From the NCBI GenBank assembly GCA_951406725.2, contig OX597828.1, positions 42,780,001 to 42,844,000 of the forward strand: 64,000 nt of DNA, written 5' to 3'. This DNA is from Octopus vulgaris (Eukaryota). Positions 55,478 to 64,000 of this stretch are shown here, piece by piece (the first letter of the stretch is position 1; each line of letters opens with the position of its first letter). Both the position numbers and the translations under genes were made by a program. The notes beneath the pieces were generated by a model. The model saw only the letters and a list, made by a program, of their open reading frames with translations. It was not told the DNA's origin and did no database searches.

Positions 55478-56037
55478 AACTATATATATGCCTATGTATA
55501 TATGTATCTACTACATACGTGGGAAATTCTGTTTGTGGAGTTGTTAGCTAACTCCTCCAACATCGTTTTATCGATTTGGAGGAAACTTGACACGCGAGTA
55601 GAACTCATGTCTGGAAACCTCATGGCATACTCAGATTGTTGAAAAAGTTGATAATAAGACCCCCGAAAGGGATCCTTATATATGTCTAATATATTTTATT
55701 TTAAAAGCCAAGGGAAATAACCCATTCACACTTGGAAGTAATCCTTATACATAGCCAATGGAAATAACCTATCCATTTTCCCAAATTATTTAGTAAAAGG
55801 GAAATTGAATATACTCTTTTCTTAGTATTTGAACTGTTAGAGTTATTTTCGCAATTTATCCAGTACAACCCTTAAACAAGTAAATATCATTTTCCTAAAC
55901 AAAAGATCCATTTATTTCGGTTAGTGACGTATTCACGAATAAACCAACACTAGCACCACTGAGGGTAATATTCTGTGGGAAAGCACAAAAGCTCTTTTCA
56001 GAGTTATTCACTTTGAATTGTTATTATCTAATATCTG

Positions 56038-56089
<52 letters not shown>

Positions 56090-56093
<4 letters not shown>

Positions 56094-56290
56094 TGTGTGT
56101 CTGTGTTTGTCCCTCTTCCTAGCATCACTTGACAACCGATACTGGCGTGTTTACACCCCCGAAACTTAGCAGTTCGGCAAAAGAGCCCGATAGAGTAAGT
56201 ACTAAGCTTACAAAGAATAAATCCCGGGGACGATTTGTTCGACTAAAGGCATTATTCCAGCATGGCTGCAGTCAAATAACTGAAACAAAA
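56090..56290 (+). mobile_element. SINE family A 3' half
   Basis: cttgacaaccgat...cttagcagttcggcaaaagag...ccagcatggctgcagtc. Confidence 0.8.
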
Positions 56291-56540
56291 AAATCCATAT
56301 ATATATATATGTGTGTGTCATATAGATATGTATCTATATATATCTTTAATTATGTGCATATACATTTATATGTATATATGCGTATATATTAATATATACA
56401 CACCGACACACACACACACACATACGTATATCTTTCCGTGTATATACAGACATATATATATATATCCGTATCTCCAATGTACATGGGTATGTATGTATCT
56501 GTCTGTCTGTTTGTCTGTCTATACAGGCACATATGTATAA

Positions 56541-56591
<51 letters not shown>

Positions 56592-57246
56592 TGTATGTAT
56601 GTATGTATATATGTAAATAGACAGAGAGCTGGCAGACAGACAGACAGATATATATATATATATATGCATAGATAGGTAAAGTGATATAGCGATAAATAGA
56701 CAGTCACACACGCACACACATATACATGCGCCCGCGCAGACGCTCACACACACACACACACTGACAGAATTTATCACATATCCTCTAACAGGCAGAAAGG
56801 ATTGATGTCAAACTCAAATAGATATGCATTCACGTCGGTGTTCACTTACACATTACAATGAATATTATAATGAAATTACACTGTGACGAAAGGGCAATAG
56901 TACTGCATGACAAATATATTATTTATCATTTCATCAAGTAAGGGAGATAACTTTGATCAGGTTTTGATTTTTTTACGTCTTTTCAGCGACTTGATGACTC
57001 CACCGTCCTTGCTGGCCAAAACAGGGATGAAATAACCACGAAATAGATGTGTAATCTCTTAAAGGAATTTGCATAGATAATTAGATAATTGTGCCGTTTT
57101 GAAAATTAAAATATTCAGGGGCGCTATCTGCATATTAAGATGTTGAATACTATGGACGGTCAAACTTGAAAATTATTATGTGATGATGGAAATACATTAG
57201 CTTATGAATAATGCATATATACGTGTGTGAGTATGCGTGAGTTTAA

Positions 57247-57464
57247 CTCCTTAGCATTTAAACTGACCATATCTGGCCTAAATATTCGACCCGTTTTATG
57301 TTCAAACTGGCCTGATCTGGCCTCTCGCTCCTATCCTACAATGTCATTCTGAAAATAAACAACCAACCATCAAAATCTGGAAGATACAAGACAATGCATG
57401 ACCAATTGAAAACAGTGTGAACTAGTAAGGATTGCGTTTGAAAAATGATCCGAATGCTAAAGGG
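57247..57464. mobile_element. piggyBac-like MITE, degenerate (relative at about 20610-20795)
   Basis: ttaa then ctccttagcatt ... aatgctaaaggg termini; shared internal cctacaatgtcattct. Confidence 0.6.
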
Positions 57465-57504
57465 TCAGGTGAATATGTGACGCAGAAAGATCTGTCCCTT
57501 CATA

Positions 57505-57880
57505 CATACATCTATCCGTCCGTCCATCCATGCATCCGTCCATCCATGCATCCGTCCTTCCGTCCATCCATCTATACATCCATTCGTCCATCCATTCATC
57601 CATCCACCCATGCGTCTATCCATCTTTACATCCATCCGTCCATCTATCCGACCGTCCGTATCCATCCATCCGTCGATCCATCCGTCGATTCATCCGTCGA
57701 TCGATCGATCCATCCATCCGTCCATCCATCCATCCGTCCATCCATTCACCCGTCCGTCCGTCCGTCCGTCCGTCCGTCCGTCCGTCCGTCCGTCCATCCA
57801 TTCGTACGTCCATCCATCCATCCATCCATCCATCCATCCATCCATCCATTCGTTCATCCATCCACCCATCCATCCATTTA
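57505..57880. repeat. (CATC)n/(CGTC)n tetranucleotide microsatellite
   Basis: Direct reading. Confidence 0.95.
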
Positions 57881-57889
57881 GCCAACGAG

Positions 57890-58240
57890 ACTGTCTGCCC
57901 ACTATTCCTGGAAGGACCTTAAGAGTAGAGACCCCAGGCATTTCCTCCATAAGGTCCATTAGACTTTCCAGTTGGATTTTGAAGAATGAACAACTGAGCG
58001 TTTAGATACTATGCAATCATATCGTTCTTGGTCAACCCCTAGGTCTTCTGCCAGTCGTCTCGGATAGGAAAATCTGCCGTGCGATTTCTTTCCTACGAAT
58101 TCTAATTCTAATCATACCGTGTGTCTATAGTACTGGAGCTGTGGCCTCTCTCAAAACGAGTCGAGAAGGAAACACACCCTGATGTCCGAACTACCCTCCA
58201 TGTCGAAAAACGTTACTCCAAAGACCATTCCGTAAGTGCA
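57890..58240 (-). mobile_element. RTE-like LINE 3' remnant
   Basis: Minus-strand fragments ER.QLQYYRH and TTGRRPRG*PRT resemble the RTE ORF C-terminus. Confidence 0.55.
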
Positions 58241-58423
58241 ATCTGAATTAATTTAAGAGAGATATTTCATTATTGAGAGTGCATAATAACTCAGCAAGTA
58301 ATCGGAGCTATGGCGTTAAATTCAGGTGAGTCAATCAAAAAGAGAAAGACGACTCAGTTCACAAGTTACCTCGTTGAGTTAGTCAACCACGTGAGATATC
58401 CAATTAGCAAGGGTGCATAATGT

Positions 58424-58475
<52 letters not shown>

Positions 58476-58498
58476 CAGCAGCAGCAGCAGCAGTAGTT

Positions 58499-58530
<32 letters not shown>

Positions 58531-58554
58531 CACAACATTCTAACACAATATATA

Positions 58555-58809
58555 TTTTTATCTTTTACTTCTTGCAGTCATGGTGGAGCAATGCCTTGAG
58601 AATTGTTTCAGTCGCACAAATCGACAATAGGACTTCAATTTTTGAAGCCTAGCACTTATTCTATTGGTCTCTTGGCTGAACAGCAAAGTTACGGAACGTA
58701 AACAAACTAACACCGGTTGTCAAGTGGCGGAGGGAGACAAACACTGACTCCCACACACATATATATATATATATATACGATGATATATATATGTATATGC
58801 ATATGTATA

Positions 58810-58886
<77 letters not shown>

Positions 58887-59279
58887 TATGCATACGATGA
58901 TATATTTATAGATTTTCTTGTGACCGGCCAGATTGGAGCAGTTCGCGAGTGTAGCCGATCGAAACTGCCGAGAAAATCTGGAACTCGACTGAGAATAGAA
59001 AACTCTAAATGACCCGTCCTTGTGTTTTCTTGTCCTTTTTTTTTAATCATCTGACTGTCCGGATGTTTTGTTGTCGCCTGTTACGTTTTTGTTCCATATA
59101 TAAACGTTGGGTTTCTTTCAGTTTCCGTTTATCGAATCCACCAACAAAGCGCTGGTCGGTCGATGGCTTTAGTAGAAGACACTTGCACAAGGTGCCACGC
59201 AATGGGACGGAATCAGAAACCATGTGGTTGAGAAGGGATCTTCTTACCACACAGCCAAGCACACACCCATGCCTGCGTC
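58555..59279 (-). mobile_element. SINE family A with a family-2 ribozyme repeat in its internal (TA)n
   Basis: Tail at about 58555-58745, head at about 59105-59279, insert at about 58885-59100 on the opposite strand. Confidence 0.78.
58913..59002 (+). ncRNA. Putative permuted hammerhead, family 2, degenerate copy with compensatory changes
   Basis: gaccgg/ccgatc, ccagatt/aatctgg, gcagt/actgc and cgagt/actcg helices; core decayed to CUGAGAA. Confidence 0.62.
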
Positions 59280-59378
59280 TATTTATAGGCACACAGAAAT
59301 ACACGCAACGTGTCCAAATACATATATGATGGGTATATACTTATATATATATATATATATATACATACGCACAGATGG

Positions 59379-59411
<33 letters not shown>

Positions 59412-59439
59412 CATAGATTTGTATATGTTGATATATTCA

Positions 59440-59470
<31 letters not shown>

Positions 59471-59491
59471 GTATGTGCTTCTCCCTCTCTC

Positions 59492-59547
<56 letters not shown>

Positions 59548-59679
59548 CACACACACACACACACACATATATATAGCCTCGAGTAAATTTATAATTATTC
59601 ATCAAGGATTATCAGCATGTTCTTCTTCTGTCCCACGAGTTGAGATGTACTCTGGTGAGATTTGTGACTCTTATTACTA

Positions 59680-59735
<56 letters not shown>

Positions 59736-59771
59736 GCACAAACACACACACGCATACATACATATACACTC

Positions 59772-59814
<43 letters not shown>

Positions 59815-60344
59815 TACAAAAATAGCTGGGTGCAATAAACAAACCGGCACACCCGAATTTGATACGGTTCACATATATAGGGTAGATACCCGACAGTAAC
59901 GGGTAGAAAGAGCATCTGCAACATTCTATGGTATTCTCTTTGCTCCCTGTTATCAGAATACTAATTCTTCTGTCGACTGCAGTTGCTGTAAACCCGATAA
60001 GGATTTTTTAGGGGTCATTTAATATGCACACAAACGTATCTGTGTCTGCTTGCGATTCTGCTGCTGCTGTTACTGCACTGCTGAATTTCAGCAGGCCCGC
60101 AGTCAGACATACCCAAGAGACATAAAAAAAAAGCTAACTCTTTTTTCTCCCCCCACATCCCTCTCTCTCTCTCTCTCACATAATCATTGCACAGCACACA
60201 CAAACACACAAACACACACACACACACACACACACACTACACACTATACACATACTCACACTACACACAAGCCGACCCACACGTATAGACATAGACACAA
60301 ATACACACAAACGCAAGCGAATATTCTCTTTGTTTGATTTTTTT

Positions 60345-60773
60345 CTCTTTTTTTTACTTGTTTCAGTCATTTTGATTGCGGTCATGCTGGAGCACCACTT
60401 TTAGTCGAACAAATCGACCCAACGACTTATTCTTTGTAAGCTTAGTACATATGCTATCGGTATATTTTGCCGAACCGCTAAGTTTCGGGGAGGTAAACAA
60501 CCCAGCATCGGTTGTCACGCGGTTGTGGTGGTGGGGGAATAAACACAGACACAGACACTCCCCCCACATATATATATATATATATACGTATATATATATA
60601 TGTATATATATGATAGGCTTCTTTCAGTTTCCGTCTACCAAATCCATTCACATGACTTTGGTCGGCTCGAGGCTATAGTAGAAGTCACTTGCCCTCGGTG
60701 TTACTCAGTGGGACTGAACCCGGAACCATGTGATTGAGAAGCAAGCTTCTTATCACACAGCTACTCCTGCGCC
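60345..60773 (-). mobile_element. SINE family A, full length
   Basis: Complete head to tail. Confidence 0.9.
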
Positions 60774-60784
60774 TATAAAAAATC

Positions 60785-60890
60785 TGCCCTGGGTGAGGCT
60801 CGAACTCACAACTTCCGCATTTCTCCAGACTTGTGAATAACACAAATAAAGTACCCACTATAAGTACGGCGCGCTAGCAGAATGTGTCAC
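60785..60890 (-). pseudogene. tRNA-Ile(TAT) pseudogene with 38-nt intron
   Basis: tagcgcgccgtactTATa-[intron 60821-60858]-atgcggaagttgtgagttcgagcctcacccagggca; anticodon and T arms pair; D arm mutated and 5' acceptor strand missing; T6 terminator at 60777-60782. Confidence 0.85.
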
Positions 60891-60943
60891 ATATGTACAT
60901 GTATATATGTATATATATATATATAAATTTAATTTAATATATA

Positions 60944-61349
60944 AATAAAAATTTACTGAGGCCGTCTTCTTTAGCGGGTAGCCTTAGATTAAATATACAC
61001 ACAACGAGATCGATTCAGCATGTAAACTCATTGTTTGTACATTCTAATTTTTTTATATGAACAATATATAGTCTATTGACTAAATTTTTTGCGCTAGATC
61101 ACCGGCAGTAAAAATTTCTATAATTTCTATTACCCTGGTATTATTTATTATGTTTAATGAATTTTGGCAAATTTGTTCGAAGTTTTACCGGCATCCTTTC
61201 TGTTGCCAACAATAGACTGCAACTGCGCAGTGGATTTGAAAAACAAAATAATGTACAAACAATGAGTTTACATGCTGAATCGATCCCGTTGTGTGTATAT
61301 TTAATCTAAGGCTACCCGCTGAAGAAGACGGTCTCAGTAAATTTTTATT
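60944..61349. repeat. About 100-bp inverted repeats flanking about 200 bp (Penelope-type 5' inversion or foldback)
   Basis: Arms about 60944-61043 and 61251-61349 differ at about 3 positions. Confidence 0.88.
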
Positions 61350-61381
61350 TTACTGAAATAAGTCAGAAACCATGGTCCGGG
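61315..61381 (+). ncRNA. Type I hammerhead ribozyme with palindromic stem III
   Basis: cccg-CTGAAGA-a-[gac..tcagtaaa/tttactga..gtc]-a-GAA-accatggt-C-cggg; GUC triplet. Confidence 0.7.
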
Positions 61382-61599
61382 AATTGAATTAGATGGTAAA
61401 TGTTTTGTTATTTTTCATTCCCTTCGAGAATTTATCCCTAATTAGTGGCTTGAACTTTAACTGTTCTTTCTAGCGCAAGGCATTCCTATGATGGAAGCCT
61501 CCTATTCACACAATGAAGCCCGCACATACACAGTCTTCTCTCTATGTACGAAGGTAACGTTACCTCTCTCTCAATATATATATATATAATGTGTGTGTA

Positions 61600-61668
<69 letters not shown>

Positions 61669-61909
61669 TTCAATTAGAGGTTGTGTTAACCTCATGAAAG
61701 GATGGTTTCACAATGAATCCATAAACACGTAGAAAACATCCAAGAGTATATATTTTTTCCCTCGGAAGGTATTATGCTGAGATCATATAAACATAAAGTT
61801 AATATTTAATTAATATTTACTGAGTATTAATTAAAACAACTGTAAGTGAAGATGATTAATTTGCTGTTGAGAATAAACAATTATTAACTTCCCAATTTCC
61901 ATTTTCTTT

Positions 61910-61946
<37 letters not shown>

Positions 61947-62061
61947 TGCGCGCAGACACACGCATATATATAAAATTGTATAATAAGGGTAGAAATTGAT
62001 ATTAATCAATTAAAACCAGTGGCTTAGCATATTTAAAAAATCCGAAGATTAAAAATTATGT

Positions 62062-62424
62062 TACATACAACATTAAGAGGAATGACCACTAAAAGTGGAC
62101 ACCTAATATACGGAACATAGACGTCAAATCGCCATTATCACGAAGAGTGTGTTCTCAAGAAAAATCTCAGCAAAACACCAAAATGTAAAAATGAGCAATA
62201 CAAATGAAAATATACGAAATAAAAAACGATTACCATGGTTTCACTTGTTAATATTTACGTATGTTTTATATTTCGTATATTTTCATTTGTATTGCTAAGT
62301 TTTACATTTTGGCCTTTTGCTGAGATTTTTCTTGAGAACACACTTTTCGTGGTAATGGCGATTTGACGTCTATGTTTAGCATATTAGGTGTCCACTTTAG
62401 TGGTCATTCCCCTTAATTTTGTAT
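62062..62424. repeat. About 160-bp inverted repeat with short spacer
   Basis: Arms about 62062-62225 and 62265-62424; a diverged single arm lies at about 46500-46680. Confidence 0.88.
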
Positions 62425-62439
62425 ATATATATATATATA

Positions 62440-62545
62440 GCCTGGTCGCTTAGCCAGCGGGGTGGCGTCATTTGAAGGCTAAAACAATGCGAAGCGCATT
62501 GTGACCAGCGATGTGTAGCAACATTTGATAGCCTGGTCGGTCACG
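62440..62545 (+). mobile_element. SINE family C tail type 1 fragment
   Basis: Reverse complement of about 3005-3113. Confidence 0.85.
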
Positions 62546-62549
62546 TGGT

Positions 62550-62595
<46 letters not shown>

Positions 62596-63049
62596 GTATA
62601 AAGTATAAAGTACTGTTTCCATATTAATGGGTTCTACCCAAAAAGTTTTCTAACCGTTGAGATATAAATATCATTTAATATTCGGATGAATCGTTATGGT
62701 TTGGTGTGTATTAAAGAGCAGACTTTTTGGCCGGTCTCATAAGTTGCAAGAAAGTACGAGAAACAACGAGCGTAGAATGTAAAGAAAAAAAAAATGAAAC
62801 GAGAAATAAAAGCATGGAATAAGGGTTGATAAAAATTTTCTCTCCTTGTTCTGTTAAAAGGAGAATTAACAACGTTTGGGGTAGTGAATTCGACGGGGAA
62901 ATGTTAACGTTTGTGATATTGTAAGTTTAGTCTGGAGAGTGTGGTATTTTCTGGTTGGATAATAGAAACTTTCCTAATACTTTCATTTAGCGAAAACTCG
63001 GATCTAGAAATCTGTAGGTTGACGGATTTTTTGGATTTAAAAAAAGATA

Positions 63050-63600
63050 ATTAGTTCTTACAGATTTCAAAACCTGCAATTACTTGACCCATCAGTATAC
63101 TGAGAGGATCATTCTACGCTGCTCCAGTTGAAGATATATGAGGTATTGTTGGTGTTCAAGTTCCAAATGTGGAACTTCTCTTGCTATATACTGGTCATCA
63201 TATCTTTTTTTAAAGTCACTTTCACATAGACCAAAATACTTTTCCCTTTGAGTTTCCTTATTTTGTAAAACTGAGTTGACCCCCAGCTTCGAAAACCCCT
63301 GAGTTAACCATGCAAGTCTGGTCAAGTGGGAAAATGTTTGCGTCGCTGCAGTCACATTTTAGAGTAAGCACCTGGTGTGCCTTACATGTAATGTTTTCAT
63401 GTTTGGTCAACATCTGTAAAGATCCTTCCCTGAATGCCCATTAAAAATTTTCTTGTATTTATGGTTATCAGGGAAGTTCTTATATATCAAGACAAAAATT
63501 TTTCTATCTTTGTCATAACATTCAAAGAGGACTGGGTGGAGCTAAACATATAAAATTCCCAGCTCTACTTTTAGGCTTCGTACTCTTGATAACCGGGGTT
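63050..63600 (-). mobile_element. Penelope-like element ORF remnant (RT thumb/linker to GIY-YIG)
   Basis: Fragments KNFPDNHKYKKIFN...Y.C*PNMK and KYFGLCESDFKKRY resemble the PLE linker and the YIG half of the endonuclease. Confidence 0.62.
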
Positions 63601-63622
63601 GTTGGCCGCACACACGCACATG

Positions 63623-63743
<121 letters not shown>

Positions 63744-63815
63744 TATAGATACATATATACATACAAATATATACTTGTATGTGTATATATATACATTCAT
63801 ACATACATACACACA

Positions 63816-63867
<52 letters not shown>

Positions 63868-63907
63868 TTCATACATACATACATACATACATACATACAT
63901 ACATACA

Positions 63908-63943
<36 letters not shown>

Positions 63944-64000
63944 TATATTTTTAACGGAGAGAAAGAGTGAGAGAAATAACGTGGTAATTGTTGCTATCGT

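Noticed and set aside
60785-60890. Functional tRNA-Ile gene
   Set aside because: 5' acceptor strand absent and D arm/A box mutated

Overview
Eukaryotic, AT-rich non-coding DNA saturated with microsatellites and interspersed repeats. The SINE content looks like an octopus (cephalopod) genome; this is recognition, not a database result. I found no supportable host protein-coding gene, and nearly all ORF-track entries are translations of simple repeats. Recognisable content: three tRNA-derived SINE families, 3' fragments of Tx1/L1-clade LINEs tied to (TATC)n and (ATT)n tracts, RTE, CR1 and Penelope-like remnants, Tc1/mariner remnants, nested 8-bp-TSD MITEs, a non-autonomous Helitron, a 5 x 216-bp array built from a mariner MITE, a truncated U6 copy and an intron-containing tRNA-Ile(TAT) pseudogene. 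The main observation is a set of hammerhead-ribozyme motifs in short (TA)n-associated repeats. Some are ordinary or minimal type I hammerheads. Three loci from two sequence families (3829-3925 +, 36265-36358 -, 58913-59002 +) instead share a rearranged, pseudoknotted, non-circularly permuted hammerhead fold with compensatory base changes. All folds were derived by eye and cleavage is untested.
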